Shown: positions 15,826-24,984 of the stretch, piece after piece
Position numbering within the stretch: position 1 is the first letter of the stretch
Layout: the number at the start of each line of letters is the position of its first letter
The notes under the pieces: model-generated
What the model saw: the letters and a program-made list of their open reading frames with translations, nothing else
Database searches by the model: none
Told to the model about the DNA's origin: nothing
Translations under genes and position numbers: made by a program
Virus record (IMG/VR): IMGVR_UViG_3300045988_180769
Location: 1-64,000 of that record
Strand: one strand, 5' to 3'
Length of the DNA: 64,000 nucleotides
Origin: a virus

Positions 15826-17778
15826 TTAAGTTAAGAATTTCTCCTTAAACTCTTGGATTGTAAAGATAGAGATTCCAAGTGATTGTGCTTTCTTTTCTTT
15901 TGTTGATGCGATACCCTTTTCTTTCACCACAACACAAGAAGTTTTCTTTGAAACAGAAGAACCAATCTTATGACCAAGTTGAATTAATCGATTTTCAAGT
16001 GATTTGTCTCTAAATCCAGTGAAAACAACAGTCATTTGTCCTTCAAATGTTTTTTCTTCAAGTCCATAGAAGGTGATTGGTATGAAGTTATAATGATTTC
16101 CACTTTCTTTGCTCCATTCATCAATTCCTTTCATAAATGCAATCGCAGTTGTTTCTCCAATTCCTTCAATGTTAGCAATATCGCTATAAGTCACATTTCT
16201 TTCAATTCCTCCTTTATCAAGAACTTCTATAAATGCATCAACATCTTTTTTGGTAAACAATTTCATGCCATTAAGGATTTTTTGACATGTTTTTTCAGCC
16301 AATACACCTTTGAAATAATTTATTGCAGTTAGAAGTTTTGCAAAGTTTGTACCTTTCTTCTTTAATGTTTCAAATTGTTTTAAGAGATAATTTGATGCAA
16401 CTTTACCCAAACCTTCTACCTCATTCAACTCCTCCTCACTCATATCAATGATTTGATAAGGATATTTGTATCCAAAATTGAAGATCTTTTTTATAGTTGA
16501 TTCTCTAAACTCTTCGAATTCAAGTGTCGAAAAAAAGTATACACATCTCGCTAAAAGAATTCCATCACAATCTTCATTGCTACAAATCAAGTCTACACCA
16601 TTTTCATTCCACTTCACTGGCTTCCCACAACATGGACATAATGTTGGTAAATTTGTTTGTTGAGGCTTCACTACTGTTTTTAAATGTTTAGGAATGACAT
16701 CGCCAGATCTCGCAATGACTATTCGAGCTCCTTTATCAATGTTTTCATTAAATACATATCGAGCATTATATGCTGTGCATTTTGAAACAGTTGCTCCACA
16801 CAATTCCACTGACTCTACATAAACCACTGGAGCGAGTCTTCCATCTTTCGATATTTGCCAATCAACTTTTTTAACGATCGTTTCTTCTCTTTCTGCCCAA
16901 TCAGGATTTTTATAAGCAATCGCATATTTTGGGTTTCCATTTGGAAGGCGACCTAATTCATTTCTTTTCTTTGCATCATTGACATCTATCACAAGACCAT
17001 CGCACTTAAAATTCATCGTCAACTTTTCAAACAATGTATTCATTTGATCAATAAACGATTTTTCATTTTGAATCAATGAACCAATAGGAATACAAGTAAA
17101 CTTACATGTTTCACAATAACTCGCTTCATTAAGAAATTCAAGTTGTACTTTTTTATCCCAATCTTCTCTGTCACAACCATATCGAATATATGTAATGTTT
17201 TGCACAAGTGAAGATATTTGAGGTGAATTAATTAAACCTGCCACAGCGTTTCTCGCTGCTTTATATGGCGACCTTTCTTTGATCTTTAAAAAAGTATCAT
17301 TTCTAAAGATTGCTTCTCCAAATGTAAGTTCAATATCATCATAACTGTGAGGGTCCCATAAATTATTTCTCATCATTTCAAAGTGAAGATTGCAATGTTG
17401 ACCAAACTCTCCATCTCCTCTTGTCCATGCATCTCCTACATATTCGTTCACACATAATGATATTCCATCGTACTTAGGTGTTATGACTACGAGATCGTTG
17501 TTTTGAAGTTCTAAAGACTTTACCCATTTACAAATTTCCTCGTAAGACTTTGTTTTTTCAAGAGAATACATTGGAATAGGTAGTTTCTCTTTACGATCTC
17601 CTACATAATCATTTATACCTCTTTTAAACCAATTTGCATTTGGATTTATTTTCTTCAATAATTCCACAAGATCGTCAAATTCTTCATCAGTGACTTTTGG
17701 AGAGCCTTGTCTATAAAAATCATTCAACATCCTTATTTGTCTCTCCAATTCAATTGGATTTACTTGTTTTGCTCCCAT
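15826..17778 (-). CDS. ligA: NAD-dependent DNA ligase
   Basis: KYDGISL adenylation lysine, four-Cys zinc finger (CPCCGKPV...CSNEDC), HhH region (IEGIGETTA) and a C-terminal BRCT-like domain (VVFTGFRDKSLE...SVSKKTSCVVV). Confidence 0.9.
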   Translation of the reverse strand: MGAKQVNPIELERQIRMLNDFYRQGSPKVTDEEFDDLVELLKKINPNANWFKRGINDYVGDRKEKLPIPMYSLEKTKSYEEICKWVKSLELQNNDLVVITPKYDGISLCVNEYVGDAWTRGDGEFGQHCNLHFEMMRNNLWDPHSYDDIELTFGEAIFRNDTFLKIKERSPYKAARNAVAGLINSPQISSLVQNITYIRYGCDREDWDKKVQLEFLNEASYCETCKFTCIPIGSLIQNEKSFIDQMNTLFEKLTMNFKCDGLVIDVNDAKKRNELGRLPNGNPKYAIAYKNPDWAEREETIVKKVDWQISKDGRLAPVVYVESVELCGATVSKCTAYNARYVFNENIDKGARIVIARSGDVIPKHLKTVVKPQQTNLPTLCPCCGKPVKWNENGVDLICSNEDCDGILLARCVYFFSTLEFEEFRESTIKKIFNFGYKYPYQIIDMSEEELNEVEGLGKVASNYLLKQFETLKKKGTNFAKLLTAINYFKGVLAEKTCQKILNGMKLFTKKDVDAFIEVLDKGGIERNVTYSDIANIEGIGETTAIAFMKGIDEWSKESGNHYNFIPITFYGLEEKTFEGQMTVVFTGFRDKSLENRLIQLGHKIGSSVSKKTSCVVVKEKGIASTKEKKAQSLGISIFTIQEFKEKFLT

Positions 17779-18323
17779 TACTTATTATATTTTGAAAGTT
17801 CAGCTCGAAGGTTTTCGATATTATCACAAGAGTTATCTTGAATTTCTTCTTTTGGAATGTTCATCAAAATTAGATATGCTTCAGGAAATTGATCCTTTAA
17901 TTGCTTTGTCGTATTAATATTGTCCAATACACATCTCGTTCTTCCCTTCAAAGATCTTAGCTTCTCTTTCAATTGCTCAACTTCTCTAACAAATTTTACT
18001 CCTTCTTTTAAAGACATAATGCGATCAATAACATCTTCTTTGTTGTGAAAATTAGGAATAAAGTTGCTCACTGGAATGTGAATATATCTTCTATCTTCCT
18101 TTTTGGAAAAATCGCTAAAATAAAAGTATTCTCTTGTTGGAATTAAATCTTTGTATTTAGCTCTAAATGCTCTGATATCGTCAGGAGTTTCTCTTATGAG
18201 AAAGGGTTCCAATATATTTTTACTAAAATCCTCTATTTTTTGAGAAAGCTCTTTTTCAACTGGTTTGAGGATGTTTTTAACAATGTTTTCACGATCATCG
18301 TTTGTTAATCTTTGACTTGCCAT
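17778..18323 (-). CDS. hypothetical protein
   Basis: 181-aa ORF with a 1-nt overlap with ligA. Confidence 0.65.
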   Translation of the reverse strand: MASQRLTNDDRENIVKNILKPVEKELSQKIEDFSKNILEPFLIRETPDDIRAFRAKYKDLIPTREYFYFSDFSKKEDRRYIHIPVSNFIPNFHNKEDVIDRIMSLKEGVKFVREVEQLKEKLRSLKGRTRCVLDNINTTKQLKDQFPEAYLILMNIPKEEIQDNSCDNIENLRAELSKYNK

Positions 18324-18334
18324 AATTATTTGTT

Positions 18335-18658
18335 TTAATATTCATTCTTTTTATTTGAAATCAACCACATGTAATTGTCATGACCAAACTTGAAATCCTT
18401 TCTTGATCGACCTTGAATACGATCTTCGATTGTTATAGGGTTCAAGGATGCCATTTGAAAAGACATGTTTGATGCGAGGTCAGTGATGTCTTGTGCTCCT
18501 CGAACTTCGTTGAAAAAGACATCTCTTACTTTTGGTGAAAAACTTTCGACAAGATATGCTTTTATCTCACCAAGAAAATTGATCACAAGTACTTGTTTTT
18601 CTGTTGTAGCAACAATTGTCCATAAATTGTTGATCAATGAATTATCTCCTACTTCCAT
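18335..18658 (-). CDS. hypothetical protein
   Basis: 107-aa ORF. The promoter-like motif ends only 13 nt upstream of the ATG. Confidence 0.6.
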   Translation of the reverse strand: MEVGDNSLINNLWTIVATTEKQVLVINFLGEIKAYLVESFSPKVRDVFFNEVRGAQDITDLASNMSFQMASLNPITIEDRIQGRSRKDFKFGHDNYMWLISNKKNEY

Positions 18659-18669
18659 ATCATTTTTGT

Positions 18670-18702
18670 TTTAAAGATACTACTTTCTTATCTATTGACC
18701 AA
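18670..18702 (-). promoter_or_regulatory. promoter candidate (TTG-N20-TATCTTTAA)
   Basis: On the minus strand, TTG at 18702-18700 (inside the 3' end of ORF 18692..19021) and TATCTTTA at 18679-18672. Confidence 0.45.
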
Positions 18703-19021
18703 AGAAAGACTTTGTAACTTGTTCTCTTTTTACTCTTATTTTTTCATCAATGTCTTTTTTGATTCCTTCTTTATATCGCTTCTTCAACATTGTTGATTTA
18801 TCTTCATTACTCATTGAATTAAAAGAAGCGAATGCTACATTGATTTCTCCATCACTTTCAGGAAGTTCCTCTCTATATCCCATTTGTTTACCACAACACT
18901 TACAATATGGAATATCAATAGGTACTGTACCATTTGAAGTATACTTAAACATTGGCTTTACTTCGATTATTTCTTTGCCAAATTGCTCACAATCTTTATT
19001 TTCACATTTCCAATACAACAT
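18692..19021 (-). CDS. zinc-ribbon hypothetical protein
   Basis: CENKDC...CKCCGKQM. Confidence 0.6.
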   Translation of the reverse strand: MLYWKCENKDCEQFGKEIIEVKPMFKYTSNGTVPIDIPYCKCCGKQMGYREELPESDGEINVAFASFNSMSNEDKSTMLKKRYKEGIKKDIDEKIRVKREQVTKSFFGQ

Positions 19022-19023
19022 AA

Positions 19024-19512
19024 CTAATAATTTTTTCTTCGACCATATTCAGCTAATAAGAGAGCGTCTGCGAAGTTATCGTCTTCACTTGTACACCTCT
19101 TCGTTCTTTTTAAATCAACTGTAGGAAAAAGTCTATGACATGCCATAAAGCTCATTGTCTTTTTATCATCCTTATTTGGGATTCCTTGGTGCATAACTTT
19201 TTGCCAAGTCTTTGGAGCTACTTTTGTGTATGGCATTCCAAGAGATGAAATTGTTCCTTCTATCACACCAACAATCCATCCAAAATTAAAATTGGATTTT
19301 GCTGAACTTCCAAGGATAGAGTGTACATCTTCAAGTATTATATGACAATCATCTTCATAGATACTTAAATCAAATAATCTCGTCACAAGATCGTTCACAT
19401 CAACAACTTTATGATCTCTTAATAGAGAAAATGCATTGACAAACTTTCCTTTTTCATCTATCACAACAACAAAACCTTTTTGACCAGGATCGATACCAAT
19501 GTAATGTTTCAT
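19024..19512 (-). CDS. RuvC-like Holliday junction resolvase
   Basis: IGIDPGQKG, ILEDVH and DNFADALLLAEYG form the acidic tetrad pattern of the RuvC/RNase H fold. Confidence 0.75.
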   Translation of the reverse strand: MKHYIGIDPGQKGFVVVIDEKGKFVNAFSLLRDHKVVDVNDLVTRLFDLSIYEDDCHIILEDVHSILGSSAKSNFNFGWIVGVIEGTISSLGMPYTKVAPKTWQKVMHQGIPNKDDKKTMSFMACHRLFPTVDLKRTKRCTSEDDNFADALLLAEYGRRKNY

Positions 19513-19514
19513 AC

Positions 19515-21515
19515 TTATTCCTCCAATCTACTTATTCCATTCTCTTTAATAATCTTCACTTGTTTAATCTCTTCATTCAACTTTGGTACATGAGTAATGA
19601 TGATTGTTGGTTGCTTTAAGAAACTCATTGATGAAATAATGTTTTCTACTCCAAGAGGATCGCAACTTTCTAATACTTCATCAACAAGTAGGAAGTTCAT
19701 ACCACCATATGTTTTTGTAGCATTAATCATTTGTTGAATAGCGAGTATCAATGCTATTTCAACTCTCGCCTGTTCTCCTCCTGAATAATAGAAGAATGAT
19801 TCTATTTCCTCTCTAAACACATAAGGAGTGATTTCCTCTTTCACTTTATTATTAGCACCTTTCTTAAAACCTTCTATGACCAATCTCAAATCACTACCCA
19901 TTGACTTCAATACATCATTCGCTCTCAATTGAATATTCTTCAATTGTTCTAAAGCGAGATACATCTTGAAATCTTTAAATCGAGTAGTCCATTGAGAAAC
20001 TTTGAATACTTCATTACTCTTGTCAAGAATTTTTGGATCAAGTGTTTTAACTTGTTTATCAATTTCTTTAATAGAATGCTCTACTCCTGATGTATCGACT
20101 TTCAATACAGGATCATTTGTAAGAGAATATTTTTGTTCTTTTTTAGTATTGATATATTCTTGATTATCAAGAATTTCCTTATTCTTAACTTCGATCTCTT
20201 TTGTTCTTCTCGTTTCTTCCAGATTAAGGTGAATTAATTGTTCCTCAATTAGACCAATCTTTTGTCTTATAATCTTTTGTTTTTGAATAAGTTCTTTTTC
20301 TTCTTCATATGTCTCTTTATTGAGAATATTATATTGTTCAATGATTTCATAAATCTCCTCAAGATTACTTTCAATAGAAGATTTGTTCTCTTTATTCTTT
20401 ATCACATCTCTTTCAACAATTGACTTCTCCTTTCTCAATTCATCAACACTTTTATCGTTTTTGAGTAGAAATTCATGATGACACTTTGGACAAACAATTA
20501 CACCAGCGAGTAATGTTTCAATCTTTGAAAGACTTGATTGTAACGAAAAAAGTTTTGCTCTCATTTCTTTGAGTTTAGACTCATGAACATCTCTTTCTCT
20601 TTTTTGTTGTACAAGATCTTCTTCAATATCTTTATAGATGGCTTTGAACGATTCGAGATCAATTTCATTCAATTCATTCTCAATGTCTTTTTTGAGTTTT
20701 TCTTTCTCTTTTCGTGATGCTTTAATTTCAATGATTTTCTTCTTACAAGAATCAATGTCAAGTCTTAAATCATTGTTTCTACCTTCTGTGATAATGATTT
20801 CTTTTTGAATTGCATTTATTTGATCTTTTCTTTCTTGTTCAACATCTTTTTCAAGTAATTGTTTTAACTGCTCTTCATAAACTGACCTTTTACCCAATAA
20901 AGATGTTTTCGAATCTTCTAATTTTCGTTTTTCCTCGTTTATTTTAGAAATCTTCTCTTCAATAACACTCTTGGTTTTATCTATATTGGAAAAGTTAATA
21001 AACCTACTTATAAGAGCTAATTTCTCAGTATTAGAAGATGAAAAGAAAGATTTATAATTTCCTTTGCTTATCACATAATAGGATTTAGCATCTTCTGCTG
21101 AAATTTCAATCCATTCAGCAACAAACTTATTACCATCATTTACTGTGGCAACATTTACAAGATTCCAATTACATTCTTCATCAATAAGAGCAATTTCGAG
21201 TTTCGAACTACCTTTGATTGGTATTGTTCGATTTATCTCTAAAGTCTTCTTTCTTATTGGACAATAAATTTGAACCTGTACAAATGCACAATCAGCACCA
21301 ATATGAATTAGCTTCTTATCGAGAACACCTCTCAAGTTTGTGCCATATATTCCATAGAACAATCCTTGTTCCATAAAACTTTTTCCTGAACCATTCGATA
21401 ATTGATCGTCTTGTGTACGATTTTCTCCAATGATCGCAATTGGTTCATGAACAAAATCGTAAGACAATGACTCAAATGGTCCAAAATTCTCTAATACTAA
21501 TCTTGTTGGATACAT
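19515..21515 (-). CDS. sbcC: SbcC/Rad50-like recombination ATPase
   Basis: N-terminal Walker A (NGSGKSF), long coiled coil, central CPKCHHEF zinc hook, signature SGGEQARVEIAL and Walker B (FLLVDEV). Confidence 0.85.
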   Translation of the reverse strand: MYPTRLVLENFGPFESLSYDFVHEPIAIIGENRTQDDQLSNGSGKSFMEQGLFYGIYGTNLRGVLDKKLIHIGADCAFVQVQIYCPIRKKTLEINRTIPIKGSSKLEIALIDEECNWNLVNVATVNDGNKFVAEWIEISAEDAKSYYVISKGNYKSFFSSSNTEKLALISRFINFSNIDKTKSVIEEKISKINEEKRKLEDSKTSLLGKRSVYEEQLKQLLEKDVEQERKDQINAIQKEIIITEGRNNDLRLDIDSCKKKIIEIKASRKEKEKLKKDIENELNEIDLESFKAIYKDIEEDLVQQKRERDVHESKLKEMRAKLFSLQSSLSKIETLLAGVIVCPKCHHEFLLKNDKSVDELRKEKSIVERDVIKNKENKSSIESNLEEIYEIIEQYNILNKETYEEEKELIQKQKIIRQKIGLIEEQLIHLNLEETRRTKEIEVKNKEILDNQEYINTKKEQKYSLTNDPVLKVDTSGVEHSIKEIDKQVKTLDPKILDKSNEVFKVSQWTTRFKDFKMYLALEQLKNIQLRANDVLKSMGSDLRLVIEGFKKGANNKVKEEITPYVFREEIESFFYYSGGEQARVEIALILAIQQMINATKTYGGMNFLLVDEVLESCDPLGVENIISSMSFLKQPTIIITHVPKLNEEIKQVKIIKENGISRLEE

Positions 21516-22477
21516 AATGCTTCTTTTAATGTTTCATCAATCTCATTGAATAATTCAATATCATTTACAAGTACATCTCGAACATTATCCATTCCTTGTC
21601 CTAACTTTTCTTCACCATAATAGAACCAAGAACCTCTTTTTGCACATATTCCTCTTTTTACAGCGAGTTCAATTGTTTCTTGAATTGTATCAAAACCAAT
21701 TCCAAATCGAAGCATAACCTCACAAACTCTAAAAGGAGGAGCGATCTTATTCTTTACCACTTTGATCTTTGTCTTATTAGCGACAGCAATATCATCGTCT
21801 TTTTCTGTACCTATTCGAGCAAACTCTACTCTCTGCGTTGAATAGAATTTCAATGCTTCTCCTCCTGGAGTGGTGGTTGAAGATCCTCCAAAACCAAACC
21901 CTCCACCAATTTTATTTCTTATTTGGTTTAAACACAAAAGCATATTATTATTCTTGTTACACTTGTTCTTCAACACATTTAATTGTGCAGAAAGAAGTCT
22001 CGCGACCAAAGCCACCTTTGCATCACCAGCTTCGCCTTGTAATACAGCTTGTGGTACGAGACCTGCTATAGAATCAAGTACTACAACTCCTATTTCTGGT
22101 GTTTCAATCATTTCTCGAACTATTTCCAATGCTTCTTCTGCAGAATTTGGTTGAGTCATAATCCATTTATCTCTATCTAAAGATACACCAATTTGCTGTG
22201 CATATTCAAGATCAAGGGCCTGTTCTGTGTCTACAAAACCAACTGCTCTTCCAAGAGTCTGTTGAACTGATTTACACAAATGAAGCGCTGCTGTGGTCTT
22301 TCCAGATGAATTACCACCATATACTTCATGAATTCTACCTAAAGCCCAACCACCTCCAAGTGCTTCATCAAACGCTTTCGATCCTGATGATACAGTTGAT
22401 ACTTCAACATGATTGCCAACTACTGCTTCTTTACCAAAGCGCTTTTCAATTCTTCCACATAAATCGTCAAGTCCCAT
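21497..22477 (-). CDS. recA: RecA recombinase
   Basis: IEKRFGKEAVV, GRIHEVYGGNSSGKTTAAL (Walker A), VVVLDSIAGL, and a C-terminal KRGSWFYYGEEKLGQG typical of bacterial RecA. Confidence 0.85.
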   Translation of the reverse strand: MGLDDLCGRIEKRFGKEAVVGNHVEVSTVSSGSKAFDEALGGGWALGRIHEVYGGNSSGKTTAALHLCKSVQQTLGRAVGFVDTEQALDLEYAQQIGVSLDRDKWIMTQPNSAEEALEIVREMIETPEIGVVVLDSIAGLVPQAVLQGEAGDAKVALVARLLSAQLNVLKNKCNKNNNMLLCLNQIRNKIGGGFGFGGSSTTTPGGEALKFYSTQRVEFARIGTEKDDDIAVANKTKIKVVKNKIAPPFRVCEVMLRFGIGFDTIQETIELAVKRGICAKRGSWFYYGEEKLGQGMDNVRDVLVNDIELFNEIDETLKEALCIQQD

Positions 22478-22478
22478 A

Positions 22479-23504
22479 TTATATTACTTCTTTTAAGATT
22501 TCTATTCCTTCTTCACAATCATATTCATTTTGTTCACAGAACAATTTGAATTTATCTACAATATCTATAGTAGTGAGTGCTCTTACTTCTTCTATGTCAC
22601 CATCTATGTTTTCAATCTCATTGACTTTTGTTTTGATATCAATACCGAGAGATTGATATTCTTTTTTATCAATTGATTTAATAGCATCTTCACTACCTTT
22701 TATTTCTACTCGAACAAAGCTATCGTTATTCTCTTCTTTGAATTTCTTAATAACCTTATCAACCTGTTTAAAAGTCATTTCATCCAAGTTTACTACCAAC
22801 TTTCTATACTTCTTACCATCAGATGGTATAAGATCATAAGAAAGATCTTCATAAATGACCCAAAATCCTTTATTCTCATCTTCACCAAAATTGTTTTGGG
22901 TTATTGATCCAAGATGAATTACATTGTCTGTCAATTCTTGATGATCATGATAATGACCTGAAAAAACTTTACCCCAATCTTTAAACATAGATGGTGTTAT
23001 CGAACTCTCTACAAGTGTACCATCATTGTTTCTACTTCCTTGGAATGCTAAATGAGTGAATAAAATGCTGTTTGAAAGTTTAATCGCACTACCTATCTGT
23101 TTATATTCATCACACCATATTTCATTGGTAAAAAATGGAATGAAAAAACAAAAGATCTTTTCAATAGTAAAATAATCAACCCTTGTAATCAATTTAAAAT
23201 TAGGATGGTATTGAAATGCATCAAGAAATGATGTTTCGCTTTCGTAACTTGTTTTATCATGATTTCCAGGAATACAAAAGATACAATGACCATGATGTTG
23301 ATAAAGCTCTATGATTTTTGTCAATGCATTTAATACCTCTTCTCTTTGGCTTATTCGAGAATCAAAGATATCTCCAAGCCAAACATGATTCTTGATACCA
23401 AGTTTCTTTGCTTCAAGTATCTCTTGTTCCTGAAGTTTATATATCTCTTCAAGATTAGATGGCTTTAAGTGCCAATCTGTACTAACTAATATCTTTGGTT
23501 TCAT
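22479..23504 (-). CDS. sbcD: SbcD/Mre11-like nuclease
   Basis: Calcineurin-like phosphoesterase motifs STDWH, LGDIFD, GNHD and SGHYHDH. Confidence 0.85.
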   Translation of the reverse strand: MKPKILVSTDWHLKPSNLEEIYKLQEQEILEAKKLGIKNHVWLGDIFDSRISQREEVLNALTKIIELYQHHGHCIFCIPGNHDKTSYESETSFLDAFQYHPNFKLITRVDYFTIEKIFCFFIPFFTNEIWCDEYKQIGSAIKLSNSILFTHLAFQGSRNNDGTLVESSITPSMFKDWGKVFSGHYHDHQELTDNVIHLGSITQNNFGEDENKGFWVIYEDLSYDLIPSDGKKYRKLVVNLDEMTFKQVDKVIKKFKEENNDSFVRVEIKGSEDAIKSIDKKEYQSLGIDIKTKVNEIENIDGDIEEVRALTTIDIVDKFKLFCEQNEYDCEEGIEILKEVI

Positions 23505-24255
23505 TTTCTTTCTTTTTGTATAAAATATGATATGAATAATCGTTTTTATCAGGAACTACCAAATGATCAAAACCCCAATAAATTGGATAATAAAAAGCAA
23601 CTGATAATTCATCGTTATAGCCTTTATGACCACCTCGCTTACACCATTCTGCACAAACTGATTTACTATTCATAGGTAAATTCAATTCTTTTGCAATGTT
23701 TTCGTGTTCTTTTTTAATAATTTCCAACCTATTTTGAAATTTAATCTCTTCCTCTTCATTTCTATTTTTCAAATAAAAACAATGAATATTATTAAGATAG
23801 TAACGATCGATATCTTTAAATCTTTCTTTATATTCGTCTTCTGTAAAAGTGATTTCTAAAACTTCTGAACGACCACATCTTCGATCTTTAATATCAAATA
23901 ATGAAATACTAAGATCTTTCATTATTTTTGACCACCTTTTAACAGTAATTATTTTCTTCAATATCATACTATCATCTTTTTCAAGATGATTTGATGCTAT
24001 AAAAGAAGGGACAAAATCTATTTCTACTTTTATAATGGGTTGACAAATTGCTTCTTGTTCAAGAAGAATTCTTTGATACTGTTTGAATAGACTCGATAAA
24101 GATCGATCGTTAATTCCAGAACAATCTACATCTAAATAAAGAAGTTCGCTCTCTTTATTGAAATGAATAGCATTTTGAATCATTTCCACTACAATAAAGT
24201 TTACACTTTGTTGATCAATAACGTTCTTTGAAACTGAATAATAATTCTTTTTCAT
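23482..24255 (-). CDS. hypothetical protein
   Basis: 257-aa ORF. Confidence 0.65.
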   Translation of the reverse strand: MKKNYYSVSKNVIDQQSVNFIVVEMIQNAIHFNKESELLYLDVDCSGINDRSLSSLFKQYQRILLEQEAICQPIIKVEIDFVPSFIASNHLEKDDSMILKKIITVKRWSKIMKDLSISLFDIKDRRCGRSEVLEITFTEDEYKERFKDIDRYYLNNIHCFYLKNRNEEEEIKFQNRLEIIKKEHENIAKELNLPMNSKSVCAEWCKRGGHKGYNDELSVAFYYPIYWGFDHLVVPDKNDYSYHILYKKKENETKDIS

Positions 24256-24308
24256 ATTACTTAAATTTTAATTAAACATTTGGCGATTTTAACGAAGATT
24301 TAAGTACA

Positions 24309-24938
24309 TTACTTCCAAATTAAATATGTTCCTGTGACACCTACAAAGATATCAAATTGTTTATTGAATAAACCATAACCAGCTCCAATTGAAGCGCCAA
24401 AACCAAATCGAGGTTTTTTATTAGGTTTTGTCCATATTGTTACATCTTGAATTTTTCCTGGAAGATAAGAATTTATTTCCATTCTATTATCACTTCCAAC
24501 TTGTTGATGGGTCAAGATAAATCTATTGGTAAGATTAAAATCGAGTTTATATTTTGCAACATGAGTCGCCCATATATCTAATTTATATCCCACTGTATCA
24601 GTTTGTTCAGTAAAACGATAAAGAGAATCACTCTTTTCAAACTCACTTACTTTGTATTCGAGGCCCTCATACTTATACTTCCATTCAAACTCTATTGCTG
24701 TAATAAGATCTTCCTTTTCTTTTATCTTATTATAAAGCTCTTTATTCTCTTTTTTTAGCTTTGAAAATTCTGTAGAAGGATATAACTTGACATATCGATT
24801 TAAGGAGTCAATATAAAACTCGACATCTTTTGTTAATGAATCAACTCTTTTTTGATACCTATAATTCTTATAGCATAGAATAAGACTACTGATTATTATA
24901 AGAGTCGCTATCATCGAAACAAGTTTTAGTCTATTCAT
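24309..24938 (-). CDS. membrane-anchored hypothetical protein
   Basis: N-terminal hydrophobic helix (LVSMIATLIIISSLILCY), a coiled segment, and a Gly/aromatic-rich C-terminus (FGFGASIGAGYGLF...GTYLIWK). Confidence 0.65.
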   Translation of the reverse strand: MNRLKLVSMIATLIIISSLILCYKNYRYQKRVDSLTKDVEFYIDSLNRYVKLYPSTEFSKLKKENKELYNKIKEKEDLITAIEFEWKYKYEGLEYKVSEFEKSDSLYRFTEQTDTVGYKLDIWATHVAKYKLDFNLTNRFILTHQQVGSDNRMEINSYLPGKIQDVTIWTKPNKKPRFGFGASIGAGYGLFNKQFDIFVGVTGTYLIWK

Positions 24939-24953
24939 AAAAAGATAAATTAT

Positions 24954-24977
24954 GGGAGAAAGAATATTCTTTCTCCC
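24954..24977. terminator. perfect palindromic hairpin between the SSB gene and the membrane-protein gene
   Basis: GGGAGAAAGAA (24954-24964) pairs with TTCTTTCTCCC (24967-24977). Both sides are T-rich, so it may act bidirectionally. Confidence 0.5.
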
Positions 24978-24984
24978 TGTTTTG

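Noticed and set aside
22176-22188. Exact copy of the promoter motif (coding strand GTATCTTTAGA) inside recA
   Set aside because: It encodes G-V-S-L-D in the recA frame. The nearest upstream TTG has an off-consensus spacing (21 nt between TTG and TATCTTTA, versus 18-20 at the other sites). A single 9-mer hit in 128 kb of two-strand AT-rich sequence is close to the chance expectation. An internal promoter cannot be excluded but is not supported.
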